Source: Octopus sinensis (lineage: Eukaryota). Taken from it: a stretch of 64,000 nucleotides of DNA. The stretch spans positions 19,468,001-19,532,000 of the forward strand of contig NC_043008.1 of the NCBI RefSeq assembly GCF_006345805.1. Reading direction: 5' to 3'. Positions 40,964 through 54,409 of this stretch are shown piece by piece (the first letter of the stretch is position 1; each line of letters begins with the position of its first letter). The notes under the pieces were generated by a model that worked only from the letters and a program-made list of their open reading frames with translations, was not told where the DNA came from and ran no database searches. The position numbers were made by a program, and so were the translations under genes.

Positions 40964-41623
40964 ATATATATATATACATACATATATATATAAATGTGTG
41001 TGTGTGTTTGTATGTGTATGTCCTTGTCCTTCCACCATCGCTTGATAACCGATTTTTGTTTGTTTATATTCCAGTAACCTAACCGTTCAGAAAAAGACCC
41101 CCGATAGAGTAAGTACTAGGCTTGCAAAAAGTTATTGATGAGTAGCATGGCCGCAGTCAAACGACTGAAACAAGTAAAAGAAAAAAGGAATAAAGAAAAT
41201 GTAATATCCAAATCTTAGAAAGCCGCGGTCGACATATGAAAATCTATTGCGTTTATATGTCTTTTGCTTAAAGAAATATGATCAGATATTGCCATCCATT
41301 TTACATGAGAAATACTGACAAATAATTAGCAAGTATTAAAAGGTTATACAAAGTGCAGAAGCAAGCTGGAAATGCAAATATATTTATTGACCTAGTTGTT
41401 AAAATAATAGCATTATGGCTGCAAAGGAATGTATGCGTAATTTTATTTGTGTCTCGCTGAAATGAAATGATACACAACCATTTATGTAAAGAAAGTAAAG
41501 TCACATATTGACTCTTATGATAAAGAGACACGTTCCAGATATTAGAAAGCTGATAAGATTGTCTGGTCAATCACACACAACCATATGCTCTGCTTGAACA
41601 TTTTCATAATCGTTTTCTAATAT

Positions 41624-41935
41624 AGCGATTGCAGCGTTGAAGTCAAATGTCATCCTCTGAGATACACACCAAGACTATTCGTAAAAGAGTGTGGAAATGT
41701 TCTCCGCTCGAAATTGCGACCTGTTCATAGACTGCACCTTTTTTTTTTATCAGTGAACAGGTCGCAGTATCGAGCGACGAAAATATTTTAATACCATATT
41801 ACAAATAATATTTAAGTGAAGTTAACGGTCTTCGTGTGCTTCAGAATAGCCAACACGTACCTTCCACGCTGCAATCGCTTTAGTTTCAGCATATGGTCTC
41901 AGATCAAAACATTTCCTATGCAAATACAATTTTCA
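41624..41935. mobile_element. Diverged copy of the G3-C8 HHR foldback family (see 50841)
   Basis: tca-GTGAACA-g-gtcgc(agtatcga)gcgac-GAAA-atatttt at 41750-41791, a decayed inverted partner at 41695-41730, and a right-arm tail matching 51040-51190. Confidence 0.7.
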
Positions 41936-42238
41936 AAGATAGTTTTTGATAGAAAGAAATTATATTGTTGATGCATTTCTGAAACTGAATAATATAGTTT
42001 ATAAAAGTAATCGAAATTGAATCTAGAATAGGGACACAACAAAAATGTTGTTGATAGCGTCATCCTTAGTACTAGACTGGTATTTATTTTATCGACAGTG
42101 GAAGGATGAAAGGCAAAGTTGACATCTAAGCGACTGAAATTTAGAACATAAAAAACAAAACTAAAAGAAATACTGCGGGACAATTTGTCTGACATAGTAA
42201 TGATTCTGTTAATTTGTTACCTTGTTAACATCAGTAAT

Positions 42239-42293
42239 TCTTCTTCTTCTTCTTCTTCTTCTTCTTCTTCTTCTTCTTCTTCTTCTTCTTCTT

Positions 42294-42326
<33 letters not shown>

Positions 42327-42662
42327 CCTGTTTTCCCCCTGTGGAGCATCGGGCCTCAACAGTTGTTTTCCACTTTTTTCGGTCATTGGCGTGTTTCTTG
42401 GCTGCTTCCCATGTCAGGCCGGTGGTCCTGAGCTCGTCCGAAATGCTCCGCTTCCATGTCTGCTTTGGGCGTCCTCGCTTCCTTTTCTCCTGCGGGTTCC
42501 AGTCAAGTGCTTGTCGTGTCACATTTGAGGGTTCTTTCCGCAGTGTGTGTCCGATCCATTTTCTTTTCCTTCGTCTAACTTGAACATGTATGGGCTCCTG
42601 GTTGGCCCATTTCCCACAGGTCGGTGTTTGGCATTCTGTCGAACCACTTCAGATGGAACAAG
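42239..42662 (-). mobile_element. 5-prime truncated RTE LINE with (GAA)n tail and 12-bp TSD
   Basis: ..RRRKRKWIGHTLRKEPSNVTRQALDWNPQEKRKRGRPKQTWKR..KWKTTVEARCSTGGKQE*. TSD aacat(c/t)agtaat at 42227-42238 and 42663-42674. Confidence 0.92.
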
Positions 42663-43751
42663 AACATTAGTAATAATATAAGAGAAATAATACTTAAAAC
42701 ATATAGCTGCAAAAACATGTGCAGAACACAGAAACATTTCTCTGTTTTTTTTTTTAAGGCAACGAGCGCATATAGAATTATGTGAAAATGCTGTGAAAAA
42801 TTAACAGAATCTATTAAATGTATAATCTTTAACCTGACAGTATGCCGTTACCAAAGACATGTCTCAATATAGTAATACAACACAAGGTTGTGTAAAGCGA
42901 TAAAATGCAAGGAAGATACTAGTTACTCGTTGAGAAGTGCATGTTTCTAATCTAAGATCGGGGGTGCTTTATTTCCCGCATTAAACAAAAGGCTTCCTAC
43001 AAGACCTTATTAAATGTAACGTATTTGATGACATAAAAGACGCACGGGCATACTAAATGCACCCCAATTCCAACAGTATATATTCAGGGGGAAATTACAG
43101 TATGTGTTATGATACCTGCTTCGAATAGAGGACCCAGAGTAAGTTTTTGAAACAATGATTTTTAATAAAAATATGTGCGTTTGATATGCCATCAAATGGG
43201 GTATGTAAAGCAACAGCATATGGCAGCATAATGCAGATTATTTTGAGGTTGGGAAGAAATATCCATTTAGGTTCTGTTGTCCGAATTTTAACCCCAAAGG
43301 AATTAATACACCGTTAGTAGAATTCTTACACAGCTAACTATGCAATTATCATGAAATAACTGTACTATAAAAGTCACTGTCGAGTAAGATAGTCGTATTG
43401 TGTGATGCACTAATTCACACAGACAGGAGATTAAGAGAAATCGTTCGTATACCATCGTTAAAGACTATCACGGAAACTAATGTCTGCTAATCGATGTTTT
43501 AATTCCAACGGATAACGGTATGTCATTAATGATGAACTTCCTAATCAAAGTACCAATGCTGACATATATACTGTGTCGCTAAAAGCAAATTCAGAAAGTA
43601 TTTAGTTACAAATATAAGCATTCAGTATGCAGTACTTACAAATCCACACATTTTAGATTGATTGGGCATTATAAAACATAATGCAATTAAATATATAATC
43701 TAGAGATTACAGTTTACAATCAGGAAATACAGAAAATAACGCAACGAGGCA

Positions 43752-43759
<8 letters not shown>

Positions 43760-43795
<36 letters not shown>

Positions 43796-43992
43796 ATAAA
43801 TGCGAAAATTAATTTTTGTGTGTCAGTGTGTCACACTTAGACCCCTTCCTCTCACTATTCGATGACACTCTTACTATTCCTCATGATATGGTGTGAGATA
43901 TAGTTCGAATAGAGACGGTCAGGACGGTGACGAAGATAGAGATAGATAGATAGAGAGAGAGAGGGAGAGAGAGAGAGAAAGAAAGAGAGAGG

Positions 43993-44030
<38 letters not shown>

Positions 44031-44141
44031 CTGGCGGTTGCACGGGCGCGAAAGCTACGTTGCTATCCTCTTTCTGTAAGCGGTGGCTTTTAACGGGTAG
44101 AGAGCTGAACCATCCTGGGGTACAGAGGATTCGCAATCTAG
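43760..44141 (+). mobile_element. Possible non-autonomous Helitron (second family)
   Basis: (TA)n-tataaatgcgaaaatt.. start; hairpin atcct..aggat about 8 nt before CTAG|T at 44138-44142. Confidence 0.45.
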
Positions 44142-44949
44142 TCTAGGGTATGAAAGTTTACCACACCATAGTGGGTTACACCATGGTTCCTCTGCTTTGT
44201 AGCAGAAGTAGGAAGAAAGAGTGGGAGAAGGTTGTGGTAAAAGAATACATCGGGGTTCACTCCCCGCTCCATCCCCGCCACAGCCTCATGGAGCTTAGGT
44301 GTTTTTGCTCAATAATTAATCACAACGCCCGGTCTGGGAATCGAAACCGCGTTCTTACGACCGCGAGTTCGCTGCTCTAACCACTGGGCCATTGCGCCTC
44401 CACTCATGCTGCTGTTATACTGCTTGTGGTGGTTGTGGTGATAGCGATGATGATAGTAGTGGTTATGGTGGTGGCGATGATAGGCTGGTGGTGGTGAAGG
44501 TAGCGGAGGTGGCGATGATGTTAGTGGTGGTGGTGATGGTACTGATTGTGCTACTATTGCTGCTGATAGTAATAATGGTAGTTATGAGGACAACTGTGAT
44601 GATGATGATGATGATGGTTAAGATGACGATGAGTCTGGTGGTGCTGGTGGTGCTGCTGGTAGTCATGTTAGGTATAGGTAGCGCCATACAATAAGTGATG
44701 TGTAATGAGTGTAACGGCAATTCCATTGAACGCCGTTCACTTCAGTTGCTCCGTATATAATTTATAGTTCTACATTCACAATTTTCATTTTAAGTTGTCA
44801 TTGTACGAAAAGTGATAAGTCAGTAGAGACACAACTTCTAAAATAGCAGGTGTCACATCATATACGGAACACCATGGCTGATTTAATAAATCAATATTAA
44901 TCGAATTAAGTGAAACCAACACGAAAAGTTGGTAATATTCAAAGCTGAT

Positions 44950-44990
<41 letters not shown>

Positions 44991-45207
44991 ATAATATATA
45001 TATATATTATATATATATAATATTTATGCATATATATGTATGTAATATATGTATATATATATATGTGTGCATGTATATATGTATATATATATATATTATA
45101 TATATATAATATACATATATATGTATATATATATATGTGTGTATGTATATATGTATATATATATATATATAATATATATATATATGTATATATATATATT
45201 GTATATG

Positions 45208-45262
<55 letters not shown>

Positions 45263-45794
45263 ATATATATATATATATATATATATATTCAGTAATTTCC
45301 TTTACAGGACGCACGTGCTGGCATATATACACACATGCTCGTAAAAACCCTCATACACACACACACAGACACACGAATATACTCACTTAGATAAACACGC
45401 AGGCCTGCATGTACGCATACATGAAGCATAAATACGCAATCATATATATATATAGGTGTGTGTATAATGGCGCCCTAAATATTGTACGCGCGATATATAA
45501 AATATTCAAGAAAGAAAATAAAAGTACATCAAAAGGATATATTAATATAGCGAACTTAAAAGTTTGCCTGTATTTTATGACTGTGTAAACAAGGGATTTG
45601 GCTTTATGATAGACAAAAGCATGTGCAATGTATATGAACAATGGAAGTTAACTCCATAGTAAGGATGACCATATTATACGTACGAGCATTTCTGGTATTA
45701 AACATTTGAAGTCTTCTTGTAAGAAAGGAGCTGGTTTCAATCAAAGGTACGAAGCCCCATCGTTGGAACGTAGATAAGAAAACCAATGTAACGT

Positions 45795-45905
45795 TGTGAA
45801 GCTGAGAAAAGTCTTGCGAATTTTACTGATCGTCTTGGAGATTGTATTTCTAATACTTGCGTTAGCGGGTTAATTTTTTTTTTACTGAAAATCCCAGCTT
45901 AACCA
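45795..45905 (-). mobile_element. Old 3-prime fragment of the RLE-type LINE
   Basis: gagaaaagtcttgcgaattttactg..ttactgaaaatcccagct aligns with 54520-54612. Confidence 0.55.
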
Positions 45906-46349
45906 CATTGCCAAAACGAACTGCACCAATATGTGTGTGTGTGTGTTTCTGTGTATGTACTTGTGTGTATGTGTACGTTGTGTGTGTGTGTGTGTATGCG
46001 TGCTTGCGTGTGTAGGTGTATATATGTATGTGTGTGCATGTGTGTAAAATTATTTATGCACACACACACACACACACACACACGTCTATATGTATGCGTG
46101 TTTATGTATATATGTATGTAAAATTGATTATGCACACACGCGCATGTGTATGTATGTGTGTATGTACGTGTATGCATGTGTATGTATGTATATATATATA
46201 TATATTATATATTAGGTGTGTATATGTATATATATATATTATATATATGTATATATATATATATGTGTGTGTATATATATATATATATATATAGGTGTGT
46301 ATATGTATATATATATATTTATATATTTATATATATATATATGTGTGTG

Positions 46350-46398
<49 letters not shown>

Positions 46399-46708
46399 AT
46401 GTAATTCTACGTGTGTGTATGTCTATATGTATATGTATTTGTGTACGTATATGTATATGTACTATATGTGAGAGAACTAAATGTGTAAGAGTGTGACATT
46501 CTCGTTTCCTTTTTCATCAACAGCTTTATAGAACCATTTCATACCAAAATGACCACATCAAAATATTCCCTTTCTTTATTCTTGATTCACTTAATTCTTC
46601 TTCCCCATCCCTTTTTTCTTTTCTTTTCCTTCTTTTTATCATACACACATGTTTACTTGCGTATGTATATACATAATATGTACACACACACACACACACA
46701 CACACACA

Positions 46709-46744
<36 letters not shown>

Positions 46745-46745
46745 G

Positions 46746-47530
46746 AAGGAGTGGCTGTCTGGTAAGTAGCTTGTTTACCAACCACATGGTTCGGGTTTCA
46801 GTCCCAGTGCGTGGCCCCTTGGGCAAGTGTCTTTTGCTATAGCCACAGGCCGACCAAAGCCTTGTGAGTGGATTTTGTAGACGGAAACTGAAAGAAGCAC
46901 GTCGTATATATGAATATATATATATAATTAATATAGGATAAAATTTTTTTCATGAAAAAAATTTTATCAATGGCAAGCATATCAAAAAATGCCTTTAAAG
47001 GTAAATTTATCATAATTTACAAGATAAGGGCAGAAGAAAAATTCTAATGCCAAATATGCCGCAACAAAAGAATTTTGTCGATAACCATTATAACGGTTAT
47101 CGACAAAATTTTTTTGTTGCGGCATACTTGGCATTAGAATTTTTCTTGTGCCCTTATCTTGTAAATATATATATATATACATATATATAAAATATATAAT
47201 AATATATATATATATATTATATATATGTTGTGTGTGTGTGTGTGTGTGTGTTTGTGTGTGTGTGGTGTGTGTGTGTCTGTGTGTGTGTGTTCTGTGTGTG
47301 TCTGTGTGTGTGTGTATATGTTTGTGTGTCTGTGTTTGTCCCCCCAACATCGCTTGGAAACCGATGCTGGTGTGCTTACGTCTCCGTAACATAGCAGTTC
47401 GGCAAAAAGAGACCGATAGAATAAGTACTAGGCTTACAAAGAATAAATCCTAGGGTCGATTTGCTCGACTAAAGGCAGTGCTCCAGCATGGCCACAGTCA
47501 AATGACTGAAACAAGTAAAAGAGTAAAAGA
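46746..47530 (+). mobile_element. SINE family A whose internal microsatellite carries inserted palindromes
   Basis: Head at 46746-46910 and tail at 47320-47530. A 72-bp-arm palindrome lies at 47015-47166 and a short one near 46938-46968. Confidence 0.85.
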
Positions 47531-47835
47531 GAGTATTGTGAATGAATAATACATGTATATGTGTGTCTGAGTTTCTCTGTGTATGTATGTGCAAGGTCTC
47601 ATGTCCTGGTGTGTGAGGTTGTATTCGTGTTTATGTGTGTATATGTATATGTGGGTGCACGTCTATCTCTATATATGGGCTTATGTATAGGTCATTGCAT
47701 CTCAAAATATATTTAAAAAAGCTCATAATATATGAGCATCCTTTAAGGCCCTCATGCTTTCCGAAATCCGCCGAAACTACACCTGATTATATATACACTT
47801 TAGATGAGTTGTAGTGAACCTGAGCACTGTACACA

Positions 47836-47917
<82 letters not shown>

Positions 47918-48149
47918 CACATAGATGTAATTTTCGACATTGAATCCGAATTTGTTATTCATTTATTCCAGAAAAAAATTTGCGACAATGTTACAAGTAT
48001 TCAAAGTTTGGTAATTCTCAGAATTATCAACCAATCAGAAAACAGCACGTTCGCTGCTTCTCTTTCATCATGTTTGATAGTAGCGAGAAAGTGGGGGCGG
48101 GGGTGGGGCGGTGTTTGTTAACAGGCATGTCAAAACATTGAACAGGGAA

Positions 48150-48490
48150 AATCATTGAAAGATTCGCGAGCAAATTAAATATTTAAAAGCTACGAGCAAA
48201 CGAACAGGAGTTGCTAGAAATAGTAATCAAAACTTTAAAATATACACGAGGAAAGTAAACAGTGAGAACAGTGAAAAACATTAAAAGGTTCTCGAGTAAA
48301 TTAAATATTTAAAAGCTACGAGCAAATCAACAGGAATTTGCTAGAAATAACAGTCAAAACATTAAAATGTACACGAGTAAACTAAACAGTGAAAACAATA
48401 ATAAACCCTAAGACATTTGCGAGCAAATTGATTATTTAAAAGCTACGAGCAAACCAACCGGATTTGCTAAAAATAACAGTCAAAATATTG
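48150..48490 (+). repeat. ~125-bp tandem repeat, about 2.7 units; inverted monomer at 49212-49305
   Basis: aaattaaatatttaaaagctacgagcaaa..caggagttgctagaaata..caaaac recurs three times. Confidence 0.85.
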
Positions 48491-49454
48491 ATTAAAACAC
48501 ATTTATTAGTTAAGAGAATTCAAGAACGAAAGATTGCAATACACTTTAGGATTTTATAAAATAAATTATATTTCACATATCTCCTCCACATAAAATCCCT
48601 TTCTGACCCCTCTGACGCATTTGAACGCATGTTTTATTTTTGCGTTTTGCGTGTTTCAGTTATTTGACTCCTGCCATGCTGTAGCGCCACCTTAGAGAGT
48701 CTTTTGTAAACCACATAGATCCCAGAATTCATTTATTTAGGTTTGGTATTTAATGTATCGATCACTGTGACGAACCGCAAAGTTACAATGATATGACAAA
48801 CGTTGGTGGTCACCGTTGATGGAAACAGAGAAAAACACACTAATGTATACACACACATGCACACACACACGTATAAATGCACTCGCACTCGTATACTCAC
48901 ATACACAAACACACAGACACATGAACACACAAGCACACGCACATACACAAACACACCTACAAAACACACACGCACACACATACACAAAGACACACACATA
49001 AACAAACACACACGTATACATATATATGTACGACGAGCTTCCTCACATTATCCAGCTAGCAAATTCATCCATGAGATATTGGTTGGCCTCAGGCTATAGT
49101 AAAAAGGCTTGCCTAAGGTGCTACTCTGTAAACCGTAACCAGAAATCACGTGGCTCGAAGCGAGCTTATTAACCACATCCTTACTTTCCCCTTTGAAGCT
49201 GTTCCCACAGTTTCTGTGTGTTTTGTGTATAATTTTAAGTTTTGACTATCATTTCTAGCAACTCCTGTTGGTTTGCTCTTAGCTTTTAAATATTTAATTT
49301 TGTGCATGTGAGTGTGCATGCGTGAGTTCATTTATACGTGTGTCTCAGGTTTCAGGTTTTAAAAGCACACTTCTTTAAGTTTTGCAATTAAATTGAAAAA
49401 AACTTAAATTTCTTTGAATAATTATTTTATCCATAGCCTTAATAAATATTTTTA

Positions 49455-49848
49455 GCGCAGGAGTGGCTGTGTGGTAAGTAGCTTGTTTACCAACCACACG
49501 GTTCCGGGTTCAGTCCCACTGCGTGGCACCTTGGGCAAATGTCTTCTACTATAGCCTCGGGCCGACCAATGCCTTGTGAGTGGATTTGGTAGACGGAAAC
49601 TGAAAGAAGCCCGTCGTATATATGTATATATATGCGTGTGTGTGTTTGTGTCTCTGTGTTTGTCACACTAGCATTGCTTGACAACCGATGCTGGTGTGTT
49701 TATGTCCACGTTACATAGCGGTTCGGCGAAAGAGACCGATAGAATAAGTACTGGGCTTACAAAAAAATAAGTCCCGGGGTCGAGATGCTCGATTAAAGGC
49801 GGTGCTCCAGCATGGTCGCAGTCAAATGACTGAAACAAGTAAAAGAGA
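49455..49848 (+). mobile_element. SINE family A, full length
   Basis: gcgcaggagtggctgtgtggtaagtagc..gactgaaacaagtaaaagag. Confidence 0.93.
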
Positions 49849-50840
49849 ATCTATTAAAGTAGTCTTAAAATAAAGTTCCTTGGATTTTCTAAAGGAGCTG
49901 CTTGAGTGATATTTCCTTCAAATGTAAGAACCTGTTACAAATTCTCTTTTAGTATAATTTAATAACAATTAAGCGGGATGGCAGAATAGATAGAACGTTG
50001 AGAAACATGCTTAGCGGGATGTATCCCGGCCTTTTACTTTCTGAATTCAAATGTCGCTGAGGTTAGCTTCCCCTTTCGTTTTTTGGTATCGTTAAAATAA
50101 AGCACAAGTCAAGTACTGTGGGTATGTAATCGACGTATGCTCTAAAAGGTCTTGGTTGGTGCCAAAATTTGAAGTAGCAATTATAATGAAATAACTGTCC
50201 CTCAGACAGAGAATGTAGCAGTGCTTGTTGAATCTTCTCCTTGAATATATCTTGTGGATAAATTCGTGAAATTACTTGAATAAAACCACAAAGATTTTAT
50301 TGGTGGCCCTTGTAATGAACTGCAAGGTTTTATCGGTGATCCTTGTAATGAACTGCAATAAAATGTTTCCCTATGCTGTCATTAGATTCTTGAAATGCAC
50401 TGAACAAGCAATCGAGATACACGGCTTCAAATAACCATTATACAATAAAGTACATTCTAAACTTCGTAGCGATAAATGTATGAGAAGTCGCCATTCTCTT
50501 ACAACTTGCCTAGCAGATAAAGTTCCAGAATATCTATTATTGTCATGACAATAACAGATCAGAACATTCATTTCGAAATAAACTTCTCAATCAAAATTTC
50601 GCTTCCTATAGTAACTGACTGTTGTACTCTCTACTTAAAATTACATAAAGTTCTTGTACAATACCCATTGTATTCAAGAGGCTAGTCAAAATTTCAGTGC
50701 ACTTAAGTCCTTATTTAAAAATCATTATCTACTTTAGATTTAATTATCATTGTATGTTTAATTGTCTATATTTTAATTCTTATTATCTGCCTCAACACAA
50801 ACCACTTGGCGTATAATAATGGATTTATAAATATATGAAT

Positions 50841-51190
50841 ACAATTGCAGAGTGGATGGTGTTTATAAGCCAGTTAAGAAACATAAAAAACCGTTAGATT
50901 CACTTCAATATTTAAATTTAATTTCTCAAAATATTTTCGTCGCTTTGAGACCGCGACCTGTTCACTGATAATAATTCCGAAATAATTCTCCAAATTTTGT
51001 CAGTGAGGAGGTCGCGGTTTCAAAGCGACGAAAATATTTTGACAGATTAAATTTAAATGTTGAAGTGAATCTAACGGTTCTTGTGTGTTTCTTAGACGGC
51101 TTATAAACACCTTTCACGCTGCAATTGTTTTCGTTCAAGCACACGATCTCAGATCAAGTCACTTGCTATGCAAGTACATCTCCGTAAAAA
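50841..51190. mobile_element. Foldback element with G3-C8 HHR fold in each arm
   Basis: Arms 50841-50968 and 51000-51128 with a ~30-nt spacer. The folds lie at 50926-50968 (-) and 50998-51044 (+). Confidence 0.82.
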
Positions 51191-51559
51191 TATGATTTAT
51201 TTCCATTAATCATTGTCTAAAGAAACATCACTTATTAACAATATTTTGAAATTCTTCCGTTCGATATTTTAATATTTTTGACTGATACCATCGGTTTTCG
51301 CCAAAAGGCAAATATAGCGCACATCAATTAGACTAAATTGATGTCCTTTTTCCGACCTCTATCAATTTATGTCAGTGCATTTAAATACATACATACATAA
51401 ATACATACATACATACATACATACATACATACATACATACATACATACATACATACATACACACGTATCCTTTATTTGTTTCATTCATTAGACAGCATTC
51501 ATTAGACAGAATTTTAGTCGAATTAGTACACGATAGTATTTGTATTTGGTTTTTTAAAG

Positions 51560-51850
51560 TTTGGTGTTTATTCTATCGGTCTGTTTTGCCGAATTACACT
51601 GCTAAGTTACAGGGGCGTAAACACACCAGCACCGGTTGTCAAACGAGTGTCGAAAAAAAAACACAGATACAAAGACACACACACATATTCACGACGAGCT
51701 TCTTTAAGTTTCCATCTAAATATTCCACATGCGAGGCTTCGGTCGGCCCGAGGCAGTATCAGAAAACATTCGCTCAATGCAACATGTAATAGGACTGAAC
51801 CCGGAACCATGTGTTTGGGAAGCAAACTTCTTACCACACAGCCACCCTTG
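51560..51850 (-). mobile_element. SINE family A, diverged
   Basis: Reverse complement of family A head and body. Confidence 0.8.
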
Positions 51851-52094
51851 CGCCGGGCCGCTTCTTCTAATTCAGCCCCATTCTACGATTCCTGAGAAAA
51901 AATACACAATGCAGTATCTCGGAAAAACCTTTCAGTATTCAAAATCTTTGAACTTTAAGAAATAAATGGTATAGCCCCAATTTATTGAGCGTTTTAATCG
52001 AGTCTTTTTCTCCTCTTAATCTATAAAAAAAATATTTTACACACGTATCACACAGTGTAAAATTACGACGGATCTTGAAGCAATCCAGTGAAGC

Positions 52095-52350
52095 TACACA
52101 AATAAGTTCGTCTTAATGCGACATATCAACTACAGAGAGACATTGAAAAAGCTAAGAGTCTACTCACAAGGACGAAGGCGGGAGAGATATGCGGTGATTT
52201 ACATATGGAAAATCCTAGAGCTTATACCAAACTTTGGCTTTGACATTTACGCAAACAACGGAATCGGATGCCATTGCACATACAAAAATCAAAACATTTC
52301 ATCAGGATACAGAACAAGATACTCAATGTAGATCTCTTCAAAACAAAACT
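52095..52350 (+). mobile_element. CR1/L2-group LINE RT C-terminal fragment
   Basis: INYRETLKKLRVYSQGRRRERYAVIYIWKILELIPNFG.. then VDLFKTKLD, matching the pattern Y.ERL..L..YSL.RRRERY.IIY.WKI. Confidence 0.75.
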
Positions 52351-52357
52351 GGATCTT

Positions 52358-52674
52358 ACAGTCCTATAGTTTAGAGATGAGGAATTATGTACATTATTTA
52401 CATTAGTTACATTCGACGGATATTTATCATCATCTTGTTTGTTGTTAACACAACGTTTCGGTTGATATACCCTCCAGTCTTCTTCAGGTGTCTTGGGGGA
52501 AATTTCGAACCTGGGTTCTCATTCCTATGCCCACAGGCATATGGCGTAGTGGTTAAGAGCGCTGAATACTAACCTCAACATTCCGAGTTCGATTCCAAGC
52601 AGTGGTCTGAACAATAACAACAACAACAACAACAACAAAAACAACAACAACAGCAGCAACCACAACAACAACAA

Positions 52675-52742
<68 letters not shown>

Positions 52743-52945
52743 ATAATAATAATAATAATAATAATAATAGTAATAATAATAACAACAACAACATCGAAAG
52801 ATACCTTAGGAATGAGAACTCGGGTTCGAAATTTCCCAAAGACATCTGAAGAAGGCTGGTGGGTATATCAGCCGAAACGTTGTGTTAACAACAAACAAGA
52901 TGAGGACAAATATCAGTCAAATTTAAATAATGTAAATAATAAGAC
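52358..52945 (+). mobile_element. Composite: inverted HHR tail + tRNA-like head + trinucleotide array + HHR tail
   Basis: Head 52536-52605 has A box tggcgtagtgg and B box gagttcgattcc. HHR fold at 52841-52886 (+), with an inverted copy of the tail at 52358-52526. Confidence 0.8.
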
Positions 52946-53234
52946 TGAATCTTCTGTCAAGAGTGCAGGTTACCGTGCGGCAACAAACGCAGATGAAGGC
53001 AGCGATATAAAACTTTCTCGTTACTCGATTGCCACATATCAGAAGATGTCTCAAACAGTGAAAGTGTAGTAAGGCTAGCGGCGGTGCTCCAGCATGGCCT
53101 CAGCGCTCGAACTGAAACGAGTAGACTAAAAATATACCAATCTATATGCACGTACAACACCAATTAACGGAAATCTTTGGTCTCAAAGCCTTTCCAATTT
53201 AGTGAATTTTCTGAAACAGTTGTAGTCACCTTTT

Positions 53235-53640
53235 AAATTTTGGCACAGGGCCAGCAATTAGGGGGGAGGCAGTAAATCGACTCAATCGACACCAGTACTC
53301 AACTGATACTTATTTTATTCGCCTCGAAAGGTCGAAGGGCAAAATCGAACTCAGCGGAATTTGAAAATCAGAACGTGAAGTCGAACGAAATGCCACCAAG
53401 CATTTTGTCCGGTGCGGTAACGATTCTTCCAGCTTGAATTAAAGTAATATGGTTCTTGAAATTTTGGCACAAGGCTAATAATTTGTGGGGAGGTGGTAAG
53501 TCGATTACATCGACGTCAGTGCTCAACTGTTATTTTATCGACCCTGAAAGAATGAAAGGCAAAGTCGAGCTTGGCGGAATTTGAACTCAGAACGTTTAAG
53601 ACGGATAAACGCTGCAATGCATCCTGCCAGGCAAGCTAAC
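53235..53640 (-). mobile_element. Two tandem diverged family B SINEs
   Basis: ttttggcacagggcc..gcggaatttgaa..cagaacg occurs twice. Confidence 0.75.
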
Positions 53641-54409
53641 AAGCTAACTTTAATCAACTAATGAATTTACGCGATTAAATGGAATTCAGGTGCATCTACA
53701 TAAATATAAATGGTACACATTTATTAATGCCGTACTGTGCAAGGCACTAGCCTGTACCTCATAGCAATGGACTAGTTTGGTACTGGCGAGAAATTGAAAT
53801 TCTTACTCGGAAATTAGAGCGGATTATAAAAAGCACTGGACCACCAGAATCCGGAAAGTCGATGCTGTGCCTGTATATACATACGTATTGTTTCTAACAT
53901 AGGCACTAGGTCAGCATTCTGTGGGAAGAGGTAATTGGATTAAATCTAGATGTGTAGTTCGCTGGTACTTCATATCACCGTTCCCAAAATGATGATAGAC
54001 ATGATGTGAAATCAGAGCGTAATAAGTCTGAACAAATCCTGCATGAATTTGTCTTCAGTTCTTTCAGGAACCACCCAGTCGCTGTCATTTACGCTTTATG
54101 TATGTATGTATGTATGTATGTATGTATGTATGTATGTATGTATGTATGTATGTATGTGTGTATGTATGTATGTATGTATATATGTGTGTATGTATGTATG
54201 TATATATGTATGTGTGTATGTTTATATGTTTATATGTGGGTGTGTTTTTATATGTGCGATTAGATATGTATGTATCTATGTATATATGCATTTAAGTGTG
54301 ACTATATGTATGTATGTACGAGTTATTGTAGGTATGTATGCGTGTAGGAATGTATGTATGTGTGCAAGCACGTATGTATGTATGTCTCTTCAATATTTTA
54401 ATTATTATA

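Noticed and set aside
44420-44680. V/M-rich and T/I-rich ORFs as membrane or mucin-like proteins
   Set aside because: Degenerate (GGT/GAT)n repeat adjacent to a SINE head, with no splice or homology support.
47083-47098. accgttataatgg resembling part of a molluscan miRNA
   Set aside because: It is the loop of a long palindrome inside a SINE, and the match is partial and lacks the 5-prime seed.
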